DNA from: Azolla caroliniana
Taxonomy: Eukaryota > Plantae > Polypodiophyta
Direction: 5' to 3'
Assembly: GCA_043228905.1 (NCBI GenBank)
Contig: JBHGNT010000011.1
Span: 5,084,001 to 5,148,000 of the forward strand
Length of the DNA: 64,000 bases
How positions within the stretch are numbered: position 1 is the stretch's first letter; every line of letters starts with the position of its first letter. The notes below the pieces were generated by a model. That model searched no databases, was not told where the DNA came from, and worked only from the letters and a program-made list of their open reading frames with translations. Below, one piece after another: positions 38,066 to 51,202 of this stretch. The position numbers were made by a program, and so were the translations under genes.

Positions 38066-40456
38066 TATTACTCCTAGGCTGGACTAGCCACTAACACAGG
38101 GTGTGTCCTTCTGGATCACTTCACCAAAGGGTGGTTGCAGTAAGGATTTCCGACTCTGAAAGGCTTCAACCGGTTGAGATTCGATTCACAACAAACAGTG
38201 TTACATGCGTAAGATCAATACATTAAACACAGGACGGAATAAAGATCAGATAGAAAATAATAACACGCTCTTATATTAATGTTCCATCGTTCATACAATG
38301 ATATTCGGATCCTTTTTATAAGCATCCGGTTTGTGCTACAAAACGGTGCCAAAACGACAACTGGCTATGAATCGATCCAGATCTGAATCGGCATACCTCT
38401 TCTGGATCCGTCCGTTCCTAACATAATTCTTAGTTATTTAATTATACTCTAGGGACCAGCTCACCTTTTCCTCCTTCCATACTTGGCCGCCACTAGACAA
38501 CACATGGCACATCCGTGGGAGAGTACATTGTACGTCGAACCCACGGGTTAGCTCCACTATTCTTCATCAAGTATGTCTAGAATGCTCTAGTCAAGAGGTT
38601 TGAGGGGTTCCTCACTTTGCTGCTCTTGCTCTGGCTGCTCTGGCTCTTGTTGCTGTTGTTATTGCCTTCCGGCTCCGATAGTTGCGTCTTCTCCGGCTTA
38701 ATCTGCTCTGAGCTTCACTCTTTTTGCCTCTGGTTGCTCCCGTTCAACTTCTGTTGGTTGTTCCGGTATGGTCTCTCCTGGTTGATCCATTCTGGCTTCA
38801 TCCAGCTGCATTCCTCTGGCTCCAGCTGCATTCGGTGGCTGCTCCAGAGATTGCTCTCCATCACTTATGTTGATTGCCGATGTCCTTCGTGACGCCTCCT
38901 GCTGTCTACACTCCCATTCGAATCGCTCGAATTGGAGTTGAGTTCCGAGCCGAGTTGGTCATCATCTAACTGTTCTACCAGCTGTCTTACAACCACCATT
39001 TGTTCTCCTACCAGGGACAAAAAATTGTTTGACAAGTCTTCCTGGATGGTTACAATACTCTCTGCATCCATCTTATAGAAGTTGTCACCGTCCTTTCTCC
39101 GGTTCTCAGCATCCACTTGCAGAGTCTGTAATTCTGCCGCCTGTTGTGCTTATTTCAACCACCATTGCATTGAGCTTTCATCAATCATTCTCTTTGTCCT
39201 TGCTTTCCATGCTAGCACAATGTCGCGGATCTGGTTGAGCCCCATCTTGGATTTGTCCTCTACGGTCTGTTTTTCCTCCTTTAACTTCTTTATCAGGCCC
39301 GCGGTTGCCTATACTTGCACCCTATATTCCAGCAATTGAGTTTGATAAGTTGTCTGAACCCTATTCAAAGCCATTTTTGCTTGTTCCATCTCTTCATAGT
39401 GTTGTCGAGTGAGCACCGTCCTTTCCCTTACCGCTTCCTTTAGCAGCTTTGCCGACTCAACTGCCTTAGTTCGTTCTTCCGCCAACGCATCTGTTTTCTT
39501 GGTTACCTCATTCCGGAGTTCTCTAATCTTCTCCTGCTGCCGGTCACATTCCGCCATGAACTTCTTGTGCTCCGCATCCAAGTGCTGGTGATCCCGGTGT
39601 AGTCCTTCAAAGTCCTCGGTCTTCTTATTTAACCTCCGATTGATTTGAATTCTTGTTTGGTCTTCTCTGTCTTTTTGTTGTCAGAGCTCTTCTTTCAGCC
39701 GTTCAATCTCTCCTTCTGCCATCCGACACAACTTGTCTTTCTCTTGCAGCAGTTTGTCTTGTTCCTCCTTTAACCAGTTGTTGGCTGCTTGAGTCTTTTG
39801 GAGGTTTTCTTCTATTTTCTACTTCTCCTCCTTCGTTGTCTTATTTTGCTCCCTTTCTCTTGCCTACAAGGCCTCGTGAGCTACTAACTCCTCCCTTAGG
39901 GTGGATAGGTCCTGTTCTCGTGCATTATTGCTATCCGGTTCTATTGAAGCCACTGGTTTAGTGCTTGTTTGTAAATTAACCGGTGCCACCGGTTCTGATA
40001 TAGTTGGCCCGGTAAGGACCTCCCTGTCCTCATTTGCCTTGGCCTTCTCTAAGTCTTCTTCCAAGCTCTTGATTCGTGTCTGGGCTTTTTCCAATTCCTT
40101 GGTGCTGGCGAACAACCGGTCCCATTGCGCTTTTTCTTCTTCTTCTATTCGGCTCACCACCCCAGCCACCTACTCTCCGATCCATCACAACCATTGACTG
40201 TCGGTGCCTTGTTGTCTCGTCGGTTTCGGTTGTCATGCTGGCTCTGGTCTGTGCTCTTGTTGTACTGCTGGCTCCAACAACAACTCATGTTCTTGCTGTG
40301 CCTATCAACCCGGTGAGATGTGCAGTTCCGTCACCGGTTCTGGTATAACCGGTTCCGTCGCTTTTGGCCGAACAGGTCTGGCCTCTTGCCTTGGCTCTCG
40401 TCCCTTCGTGCGGGGAGTCGATGTGCTATCCTTCTCCGGATCCGATCCATCCCCGT
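38066..40456. mobile_element. Truncated LTR element K: LTR 38066-38502, Arg-like PBS, opposite-strand coiled-coil ORF
   Basis: The LTR is homologous to the solo LTR at 55955-56397 (shared CACTTCACCAAAGGGTG and AAAACGGTGCCAA). It is followed by TGGCACATCCGTGGGA. The element is cut at 40457 by element G. Confidence 0.65.
38588..40456 (-). pseudogene. Decayed long coiled-coil, E/Q/P-rich ORF (probable extra ORF of element K)
   Basis: ORF pieces 39864-40169, 39309-39581 and 38865-39116 look like one broken gene rich in E/K/R/Q, ending EEPLKPLD* at 38588. Confidence 0.55.
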
Positions 40457-43400
40457 TGTCGTGAAGTATGAAAGCTTCACATTAAAAGTCTACAATAAGA
40501 TAAATATGTAACTGAAATAAAATAAATCTTGATAATATTTTATACATAAAGATAATATTAACAACACACTATGATAATATTATACATTATATGTAGAGGT
40601 AAATAAATAAATATATATGTTATATATTGCATGGCAAGAGAAGATTTGAGCCAATAATCCCCACCTTATGACACTCTAACCTTACCATTTAGCCTATACT
40701 AACAATTTACAAGAGATCATATGCGTTGTTTTATTTGAAGTAGTATTTTATAGTCTAAACCATGTAATACACCATATAGCAAATTTCATGGGCAAAAGGG
40801 GACTTGAACCAACAACCCCAACCTTATAGGTATTCAAACCTTACCATTTAGCCTATACTTGTAATGTATATAAAATATATCTATTGTAATATTGTATGGT
40901 TTAAACCATGAAATGTACCACATGTGCACCATATAGCACACATGCAAAAGCCTCTCTGCATGTGCACCATATAGCACACATGCAAGAGCTTCTCTGCATG
41001 TGCACCACATGGCCCACATGTAGAACCATCTCTTCCCTATAAAAGGAGAAGGGAGTATAGTCACAAGAAATGAAGGAATCGATCTATATCAAAAGAACTA
41101 TATTATATATATCAAATAGAGTTATGTTGTAAGTGATATCACAATAGAGAAAGAAGAAAAGAAGGTCAATATAAAAGAGAAGCTCTAAGTTGGTAGTTGT
41201 GCTGCTCAACTCTCAACAAAAAGGGTGGAGGTTCGAGTCTTATCTCATTACAAGATAGAAGAGAAGATTGTGGTCTACTATCAAGAAAGAGAAGAGTGAT
41301 AGAAGCGAAGATTGTGGTCTACCTTGTGAGACAAAGTTCGAATTCAACAACGCTCACAACCTCGCAACTATTTTGTAACTCTTTCATCAAATAATTATAA
41401 ATCTCTTTTATTGCTTCAATTATCATTCTATATCCTATCTTGTCATATCTTGTTGATCACTATTTATCTATTTCTACTCTTTTGTCTCTTCTGTCTAAAA
41501 TCCCAGTGATTCCTTCCTCACTTTCACGTTATCTTTTGTCTATGCAATGCTACGCTTCTAGGCGAGCCACGCCACGACACAATTTGGTGAACCCGACGTG
41601 AAACGGGGAAGTAGAAGAGGCATCTAAAGTAAATATCAACATCAACATGGCAAGTACGAGTACAATGGATCCGATAATGTTGTTTATTGAAAAGTTGAAT
41701 CAAGATTGATTATTTCATGCCTTACGAGAAGTCCGAGAGAAGATTGGTATGTTTGATGGTACAAATATTTCAAAGTATGTGAATATATATTATGATGAAA
41801 TGGAAATGTCTAGTATAAATGATGTCAATATGACAACAAACTTTTATAAATTAGTGGACATGGAATTAAGAGATAGAATTCATGAAATACAAATATTGCA
41901 TAGTTTGGATTGAAATGCATTCAAAGAAGCACTTGTGTCTGAATATGCTCGTGAGGATTTTTCTCGCGTTACTATGGGGTCCTAAAAGAAAATAAAGGAT
42001 TATCTATGGTTGACACAAAAAAAGAGTTTGATAGATTGTATGGACACTTAAAGCCAGAGGAAAGAAATTCTTTGTCTTGGCAAAAGGTTGCTTTATTTTT
42101 GCAGGTAGTTGACAAGAGATATAGAAAAGAATTGGAATTCATGCTTGAAGTACCAAATACTAAGGATGGTATAACTGCAGATTGGAATGAGGTAACAAAT
42201 GCTTGTAATAAATTTATGAAAAGAATGCAAAGGAATGGTGCAATGCTACAAATACCACATGTGGGAATCACAAATCGGCTTGAAGAAAAACATCGAAGTT
42301 CAAAGACTTGGTCAAGAACCATCACACGAAATGGTCCATCAACCATGAGAAATGATCGAAACTAAGAGTGAGTCTTTGCTTGATGATTTAGTTCAAAGTA
42401 TGAAAGATCTAACAATTAAAGTGGCAAACCTTGAGAATGGTCATACTTCGAGGTCAAGGGAACCATTTTGACCTCGATGCATGTGGTGTGATAGTCTCGA
42501 ACATCGATTACGTGTTTGTGCAGAATATAAAGACATGGAAAATCGAGACTTGATCTATTGGAAAAATGGTAACGTTTACTTAACTGAAACTAGAAGTCCA
42601 CTTACAAAGAACTTTGGTGATGGTGGTGTTAAGGTTAAGTTTGAAGAAGCTGAAGCAAAGAAGGCTTTTGCAATGTACTACTCGGCAACGACAGGAATGC
42701 GTCTTGTTGACATGCCATACCGATCATCATTCTGGGAGAAGGTTGTAAGTTCGGCACAAAAGCAAAAGTTGAAGATGAAAGACCTTCGTGTTGCCGGAGA
42801 TTCTGTAAGGAAAAACACTGGATGGGATGTTCCAGTAGATGTTATGACAGTCTATGCTCAGATGGCAGAACACCAAGAGCATGAAGTGATGGTGGAAAGA
42901 AAAGGAAAAGATCGGATGATGAGATTGGTTCAACCAAAAAGCATGAAACAAGAGAAAGCAAAAGAAAAGAGATGGACGCAAAAGTTGAAAAAGGTAAATC
43001 TGGTCCTTCATTCAAATTAATGTCTAATATTGAAAAGGATACAGATTTAAAGAAAATTTTAGAAACAAGAATACTAGATAGTCGAGTAGAATTTACACTA
43101 AGAGAAGTGTTAGGTATTGCAAAAAAGGAATTTCATGATGAAATAATTGATATTGTGTGAACAAAGAAGCAAGTAAATGAGCAGGTTAAAGAGACAAATC
43201 CAAATGTGGCATATGAAGTGGTGAGCAACGAGTCAAACAATATCATTGTTGACTCTCAACATGCATTGACCTCAATGATAAATTCAATAGATGTAAGAAG
43301 CCATTACTCGCAAATGTTGGGCAAGAGCCACTACTAAGCATCATGTGAAGATTGGAAATGTTCCAGACCTCATGATGGCACTTATTGATCATGGTTCTAA

Positions 43401-43791
43401 AATAAATATAATGAGTGCTGATTTTTACAGGAAAGGTAGATGGCCAATTGATACTCAACATGGTTGGCGAGTAAAATTTGCCACATCGGTCACGGAAGAT
43501 TTATTTGGTGCATGCCCAAATGTAAAGGTTACTATTGGTGATATAGAGGTAGATCAACATTTCTTTGTGCAGGAAGGATCTACCTATCCAATAATCTTGG
43601 GGCAACCATACATTACAGTAGTACGGATGGAGACCAAAGTCCTTGACAATGGTTTTGCCTATGCGAAAATCCGTAGCCAAGATGGACGATGAATTGTACA
43701 GTTTATGACAGTTTGCCCAAATCATGAGAGGAACAAGCAAGTGCTTCGTGATCATTCAATACCAAAAGACTGTGATGATTTTGATAATCAG
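40457..43791 (+). mobile_element. 5' half of Ty3/gypsy element G (same lineage as C)
   Basis: LTR 40457-41579 (TGTCGTGAAG...CACGACA). Trp PBS TGGTGAACCCGACGTGAA at 41585. Decayed gag from 41647 with CMWCDSLEHRLRVC, and protease ALIDHGSKINIM. Truncated after the protease. Confidence 0.9.
40629..40858 (-). promoter_or_regulatory. Two tandem tRNA-like A/B-box modules in the LTR of element G
   Basis: Minus strand TAGGCTAAATGGTAAGG...GGTTCAAGTCC (40783-40858) and TAGGCTAAATGGTAAGG...GGCTCAAATCT (40629-40699). Confidence 0.55.
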
Positions 43792-46700
43792 GTTAGTCCC
43801 ATCGAGTTTATGCGAGGTGGTAGGTGACATTATCGTTTGCACTCGTTACCACGTACGGCTCGAACCATCCCTTTGCGAATTTGCGCATCGAGCTATGTTG
43901 ATTGTCGAGACTGCTATCATACACAATCACCCAGTCTCCTTCTTCGATCTTCCGAGGGCATAGTCGGTGTGTCTTGTCGAACTGAGCTTGTTACTTAGCC
44001 TAGCCACTTCTAACCTCTCCTTTGCCAACTCCAAGTCTTTGGGTCTTCTCTCAAGTTTCCTTATCCTTGTTGCTAGAAGCTCTTCTTGACTCATGTCGTT
44101 TTCCCACGGCATCGCTACCCATGACGCGATCGTGTCTTCAATGGGCATCATCGGCTTTTGTTCGTACATGAGTTTAGCTGGCATAAAACCTGTAACTGAG
44201 CTATGAGCCCACAAGGCATAAGGTAGTAACCGAGGCCAATTCCCTACTCGCCCATGACAAGATCTTACAATGGCTTTTACGATAAGCCCGTGTCCGTGTT
44301 CTATCTTTCCATTAGCCTCCGGGTTATAGGTGGTCGTGAGAGAGAACTTCAATCCAAGTCATTCAAAGAGCTCTGTAGCTTCGTGAGGATTCAACTCTCC
44401 TCTGTTGGCCACTATCTTTCCCACACATCCATACCAGAAGATGACATCCTCGAGTAAGAATTTACACACCCCCGTTGTCGTTTTGTTTGCTAAGGCTCGC
44501 CCTTCTACTTGGTTTGTGAGGTCTTCTCTCGCTAGCACCAAATATTTCATTTGGCCCACTCCCATCAGCATCGAAACCAAATCCACCATCCATTTGAAGT
44601 GTATGGTGAGTGGGTAGGTCGGGTGCAACTCATCCCTATGGCGTATGTTTGAGTGTATCTGGCAGCTTTCACACATCCCCATGAAATGGGCAACATTCTT
44701 GTACATTCCTGGTCACCAATACTTCTCCTTTAACTTCTCGAATGTTGCCCACATTCCTCTCTGGCCCGCCCAAGTTCTCTCATGGAACTTAAACACCAAT
44801 GTTGTTTGGTCCTCTTCCTTTATGACCACTCGTTGTGGCGTCCCCGTCCTTCTCTTTGGGGGCCTCCAGAGGAATCCCCCTCATAGGAAGCACTTGTACG
44901 CTTTCTTTCGGACTCTCTGTGCTTCCTCCTTCCACCATGAACTATCCACCGTCATTGAGCTTAAGAACTTGCCAATGTGTAGCCACTCCCCTTCGTATTC
45001 ACTTTCGTTGAAGGTGTGGAGTACTCGCACATCTCGATCATCTATAGACACTTGGGCCATCTTAAAGAAGTCAAGAGCGACATCCTCATCTTCAGACATC
45101 ATGTCGCTTTCGCCCTTGATAGCATATCTGCCATGGCATTGTTCTTCCCTGAAATGTGGTGAATCTCTAGGTGTTGGGATTACGGTCCCTCCGGATGTGA
45201 TGGTCGGATGTCCGAGAATCGGGAATGAAGACCCGGATCCGGATCCGGATGATGAAGACCCGGTTACGGAGCTGGATGACGAATGTACCCGGAGCGAGAT
45301 CCGGATGCGGGGACATATTTGTGAATATGTTTGCCAAGGGCCCTCTAGGCTATATTTGTAAATAGCCCGAAAGTCATATGTGTATAAATATGACTTAGGG
45401 CAAACAGTTTGTGTTGTTGCTCATTTTTCTGTTTTCCACTTAGAGGGAGTGAAGTGAGAGCAGCCGAGAGAGAGAGAGAGAGAGAGAAGAAGGAAGAGGT
45501 CGACGCCTCTGTGTAATACCGCCGCCTGTGGCGAGGATAGCGAGCTCAAGGTCGTCGCCTTGCAGCTCGCCATTGTACATTCCCTGCGTATAGTGATAGT
45601 TGGAGTCTTGCACTCCCGTGGTTTTTCCCGTCTAGGGTTTTCCACGCTAAACCCTATGCATTCGAGTCTCTCTCTGTGTTTTCGATTTACTGCTACATTG
45701 ACTCGTGTTTCCTCGGTTGTGGCCGAGAGGGGAAGAATTTGAAAGCGTCAATTTATAACAATCTGGTATCAGAGCGACTGCAGTGCAGAAAATGGAAGGC
45801 GGCAGCAGCGGGCAGCCGGTGATGATGGTGCTGAATGCGCAGAACTACGCCGACTAGAAGATAAAGATGGAGGATCTGCTCATTGTTCGGGACCTGTATG
45901 GACCGATCGACAGGTCGGAAATACCCAAGGGGGTACTTGAGACGGAATGGAGGCTTCTGAACCGAAAAGCCGTTGCAACCATTCGGCAATACGTCGACGT
46001 GAGCGTTCTACAACATGTGGCGAACGACACCAACGCATATGAGATGTGGCAGAAGCTGTCGGGCCTCTACGAGAGGAAGAATGCGTTGAACCGGACCTCC
46101 CTGATGAGGAAGATAGTGAACCTCAAGTACCGGGACGGCGAGAGTATGGTGGAACACGTAAGCACGTTCATGGGATTCGTGAACCAGCTTGCGGCGATCA
46201 AGTTCCCGTTGGAGGATGCAATGCAAGCCATCATCCTGATGTGTACATTGCCGGAAAGCTGGGAGAACTTGGTGGTGACTCTCAGCACCTCCTGCACCGA
46301 AGATAACTTGTCCCTACAAACGATAAAGACAAGCATTTTGAACGAAGAAGCGCGTCGGAGAGATAAAGAACCGGCCTCCGATCCGAAGATGCTGCTTACC
46401 GAATCGGATCGGGGAAGACAACGGAACCGGAGTCCGCAAAGACGGGAGAAGTCGGGTACCCGGTCGCAGTCAAGAGGAAGGCCCACATGCTTCCACTGTG
46501 GGAAGCCGGGGCACTTCCGAAAGAATTGTCGGCATTACCGAAAAGACAACGGAGCCGACGACACCGATTCGAAGAAGTCTTCGGAACGGAACGGTGCTTA
46601 CCGGGGAGCCACGGACCGGAATGGTTCGGATCGGCGAGAGCAGGACCGGAAAGGAACGACGGCACTCGCGGCAAGTGAAGAGGAGATCATGCTCATCACC

Positions 46701-47268
46701 GAAGAAGGTGAACTAAACATTGCCGGCGATGAGACTACCTGGGTGGTCGATTCCGGAGCGTCGTTCCACCTGACCCCGGAAAGAAGATACTTCTCATCCT
46801 ACACAGCCGGTGAGCATGGCTGTGTTCGGATGGGAAATGAAGGTACGTGCCGGATTGCCGGCATAGGAGACGTGTGGTTGACAACCTCGACCGGATGCAA
46901 AATGTTGCTGAAGAATGTCCGACACGTTCCGGAGGTTCGATTGAACCTGATTTCGGCCGGGAGGCTCGACGATGAAGGCTACACAGGTAGCATCCGGAAC
47001 GGCGTAATGAAGTTCAGCAAGGGGAGCCTGATAGTGGCTCGGGCCCTGAAATTCAACACACTGTATCTTATGAATGCCTGGTTGTGTCCGGAGGAGTTGA
47101 ACGTGGCAGCCGACACTGCCGGTGAGCTGTGGCACAAGAGACTGTGCCACATGAGTGAGAAGGGGATGAAGAGGCTTGCAGAAGACAACCTTATTCCAGT
47201 GAAGCATGTGCACCTGGAGAAGTGCACCGATTGCCTGGCCGGTAAGCAGAACCGAACCTCCTTCCACT

Positions 47269-50200
47269 TGTGAAAGTGTTTTTAGAATCTAAGCCATTGA
47301 ACATTAGGAGAATATAAAGTATAGATAATTCACCTTTTGAGGATAAGAACACGAACTAAGACCTTAGGGAAGAAGTCAAAAGTAAAAGTACGAGACCAAG
47401 AGAAAAGTAAAAAGAGAAAACGCAGACTATAAAAAACAGTAAAAATAGAATGGTCATAACTCCCTCGTTGTTTATCCAAATATCACGTTTAAATATGGAT
47501 TAGAAAGCTTGTAAAAAGAGCTTTCTATAGCTTTTTAAATCGCTTAATTTGGATTTCGGATGAGGGAGATATGACGATTAGAAGGTTGATGTGTCATAGC
47601 TAAAAATAGGGAGATAAAAAGCTTCTAAAAATAGCATGAACGTGGATAAGAAGAGGAAGGTTATAAAAGAAGAAGTAATATGAGTGAGAAGGGAAGAGAA
47701 AGGCCAAAGAGTGGATGAGGAGTGTTAGGAAGAAGTGTCTTTGTGGAAGAGGAAGTGTCTTAGAAGAGGAAGGTCTTTGGTTTTAGTTCAATGCGGAGTT
47801 TGTCTCCTTTGTATTCTCTTGATGTTGGAATATCAGAACATTCTTATTTCTTGCTCGCTTTCTCTATTTTTTTTCTTAGTTTCTTGAGTTATACTCTCCA
47901 ATCATAATTACCTAGAGCTATATAATATATTATGATTTTCAACTCCATCTAATCGGTTTGGTCAAGCCCTCATATAGTGTATAACTATCTATTATCTTAT
48001 ACACCCTATCATTCTGGCGCTCCAGGGAGGGTTTGAACCTCCGTATAGGAAGAGAAGTTATCATTTAATTGTGTTACTATATTACATTAACTTAGCTATG
48101 CAATTTGCATTTTCGGGTGAAAGAACACAAGATGCTGGTGCCTTTTTGGCATGCTTTGAGCATCATGCCATATCTATTGGACGCATCACCGACAACGAAA
48201 AGTTGCCCTTGTTGGTAGCTACATTCTATGGTCGTGCTCGAGATTGGTATGACTCTCTTCCGCAAAATGAACAAGGAGAATATCAATTATTGGTGCATCA
48301 ATTTCGTACAAGATATATTCAATGGAAAAGTGCAACTGAGGTAAGGGAGGAGCTTTTTCAACTAAAGATGGAATCACCTTTTGGTTTTTTAGAGTATGAA
48401 CGAAATTTCCAAGAATTGTGGACGACGTGGATTCGTCTTCGTGGTGGCACCGAAGACGAGTGGTTTAAGATAGAACAATTTAAGGTGGGCCTTGATATGC
48501 ATTTCCGTTTGGAGGCAAGCTTGAAGGATCCAACGACTTTTCAAGCTCTTCTCCAAGTTTGTCAAGATTATGATCGACAAGTGAAGATGATGAGTTCCAT
48601 GGGGGATCCCCAAATGACGGCTTTGGGTGCAAATTTGATGCCTCGTGCCAACTTTCAAGCCTTATCTTCAATTGTGCATGGGGGACAAGTGTTTCCAAAT
48701 GTGTATACCACCACAACAATAAACCCAACAAGTATATCCCAAGAAGTTGAACAAGTGAGGAGTGAACAAGATACCATGGCATTGGTAAATCGGCGCTTTG
48801 ATGAAGTGATGGCCCACTTGCAACAATCCCAAGCAATTCGCAACACTATTCCCGATGGTGGTGGCTCTAGAGGGCATCAAGGTGTAATTTGTTATTCTTG
48901 TCAAGAGGAGGGACACTCAACAAGATGTCCTCATCGACAACAAAGAGGTATGGAAAGAGACATGTATGAAGTGCAACGGAATGGACAACGACCTATCAAC
49001 AATGGAGTCGAAGGAGGCGAATCCATAACACTTCCAATGACTCAGGTTCCTACAATTCCTCATAATGTGAATCTTCTTAATTTTATTGATGATAGTGATA
49101 GTGCTTGTGAAGTAGCTCTTGTGAAAAGGACAAGAGCCTCGCAAAAGGAGAAAGAAGTTGAAGGAGAATCTAGTGACTCAAGACAAAAGAAGAAGTCTAA
49201 GGAGAATGAGAAAGAGGACAAATTGAGAAGGAGACACTCTAGAAGGAAGATAAAGATGGAGGATATTCCTATGGGAGAAGGTGTAGAATCTTTCAATCGG
49301 AAGCATGAATTGATATCGAGTGGACCAAGGATAACATGGCCGCAACTTCTCCAATTATCATCCACATTACAAAATGAGTGGGGGAGGCTTGTGAGTATTT
49401 GCCAAAGTCAAAAGACCGTGCATTACGTGGGGATCATGCGAGTAGAAGATCGAAAGGACATACGTCCAATCATCCCTGTCTCCATCAAAGGGGTTCACAT
49501 CAAAGATGCCTTGGGTGATAGTGGTGCTAGGGTAAGCTTGATTTCTGAATTTGTAGTAAACAAAGTAGGAATTCCTATTAGTAGGTCATCTTCAACAAGG
49601 GTGGTTGTAGTAGATAGTGGAGTGGTGCATTGCACAAGCATAGTGGAGGATGTGTTCATCAAGTGTTTTGGAATAAGAGGAGAAGCTTGCAACAAATACC
49701 ACATCAACTTGAAGGAAAGTGTATCAATTTCCCCAAAGCTTCGGCAATTGAGTGTTGAACAAAAGGAAGAATTTATGCAAGAGTTCAACGCATGGTTACA
49801 AGAAAGTTCCAATTATAAGATGGAAGATTTGAGGTGTGTGTCACCTATAGTTTTGGTTCCAAAGAAGAATGAGATCAATTTCAAAGCCTTGAATGATTCG
49901 ACCAAACGAGATGAATTTTCACTTCCTTCTCGAGATGAGATTGTCGATAAAATGGTTGTTTATACAAAACAAGGTAGTGTGGACAATATGTTGTGCCAAA
50001 AAGGATTTCATGTGGATGATTCAAAGATTAACATAATTACAAAGATGACAATTCCGACAAGTCTTGAAGCTTTGAAAGTATTTGTGCAAAAGGTGCGCTC
50101 GCTCGAAAGATTCATTTATATGTTGACATGCTTACTGCTATCAAGAGTGATGTATCCCATGGCCCTACTAGTCTTTGGAGCGTTAACGAAGACATAATGA

Positions 50201-51202
50201 TTGTGGTAACCTCTTTCTTTGTGTTGACAAGGAGAAAGATGATGATGGAATTGTCAATGTGTGTGTGGGTGTGTCTAGGAGTGTGAGGTTTTTCCTACCG
50301 ACTAGCGGGGGTTTTACTCACATAGTTTGTTTCTTTTTATTATATCTCTCTCATTGTCTATAGCCAAGAGATTGGCGAGAGAGCTTTTGTTTGTTAAGTA
50401 CTGCCAATAAGTGCTTCGCCATAAATGGCTTAGCCTCTAACAAGGGGGAGGGCTAAATGTGAAAGTGTTTTTAGAATCTAAGCCATTGAACATTAGGAGA
50501 ATATAAAGTATAGATAATTCACCTTTTGAGGATAAGAACACGAACTAAGACCTTAGGGAAGAAGTCAAAAGTAAAAGTACGAGACCAAGAGAAAAGTAAA
50601 AAGAGAAAACGCAGACTATAAAAAACAGTAAAAATAGAATGGTCATAACTCCCTCGTTGTTTATCCAAATATCACGTTTAAATATGGATTAGAAAGCTTG
50701 TAAAAAGAGCTTTCTATAGCTTTTTAAATCGCTTAATTTGGATTTCGGATGAGGGAGATATGACGATTAGAAGGTTGATGTGTCATAGCTAAAAATAGGG
50801 AGATAAAAAGCTTCTAAAAATAGCATGAACGTGGATAAGAAGAGGAAGGTTATAAAAGAAGAAGTAATATGAGTGAGAAGGCGAAGAGTGAAGGCAAAAG
50901 AGTGGATGAGGAGTGTTATGAAGAAGTGTCTTTGTGGAAGAGGAAGTGTCTTAGAAGAGGAAGGTCTTTGGTTTTAGTTCAATGCGGAGTTTGTCTCCTT
51001 TGTATTCTCTTGATGTTGGAATATCAGAACATTCTTATTTCTTGCTCGCTTTCTCTATTTTTTTTCTTAGTTTCTTGAGTTATACTCTCTAATCATAATT
51101 ACCTAGAGCTATATAATATATTATGATTTTCAACTCCATCTAATCGGTTTGGTCAAGCCCTCATATAGTGTATATCTATCTATTATCTTATACACCCTAT
51201 CA
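47269..51202 (+). mobile_element. Non-autonomous Ty3/gypsy element E (3.9 kb)
   Basis: Near-identical LTRs 47269-48011 and 50458-51202. 5-bp TSD CCACT (47264-47268 / 51203-51207). PBS at 48015-48043. PPT AAGGGGGAGGG at 50442-50452. Confidence 0.95.
48071..50197 (+). CDS. gag: Gag, zinc knuckle, aspartic protease and vestigial RT (708 aa; first ATG at 48098)
   Basis: FYGRARDWYDSL, CYSCQEEGHSTRC, DALGDSGA, SPIVLVPKKN and FKALNDSTKRDEFSLP. No YxDD motif, RNase H or integrase. Confidence 0.85.
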   Translation: MLLYYINLAMQFAFSGERTQDAGAFLACFEHHAISIGRITDNEKLPLLVATFYGRARDWYDSLPQNEQGEYQLLVHQFRTRYIQWKSATEVREELFQLKMESPFGFLEYERNFQELWTTWIRLRGGTEDEWFKIEQFKVGLDMHFRLEASLKDPTTFQALLQVCQDYDRQVKMMSSMGDPQMTALGANLMPRANFQALSSIVHGGQVFPNVYTTTTINPTSISQEVEQVRSEQDTMALVNRRFDEVMAHLQQSQAIRNTIPDGGGSRGHQGVICYSCQEEGHSTRCPHRQQRGMERDMYEVQRNGQRPINNGVEGGESITLPMTQVPTIPHNVNLLNFIDDSDSACEVALVKRTRASQKEKEVEGESSDSRQKKKSKENEKEDKLRRRHSRRKIKMEDIPMGEGVESFNRKHELISSGPRITWPQLLQLSSTLQNEWGRLVSICQSQKTVHYVGIMRVEDRKDIRPIIPVSIKGVHIKDALGDSGARVSLISEFVVNKVGIPISRSSSTRVVVVDSGVVHCTSIVEDVFIKCFGIRGEACNKYHINLKESVSISPKLRQLSVEQKEEFMQEFNAWLQESSNYKMEDLRCVSPIVLVPKKNEINFKALNDSTKRDEFSLPSRDEIVDKMVVYTKQGSVDNMLCQKGFHVDDSKINIITKMTIPTSLEALKVFVQKVRSLERFIYMLTCLLLSRVMYPMALLVFGALTKT

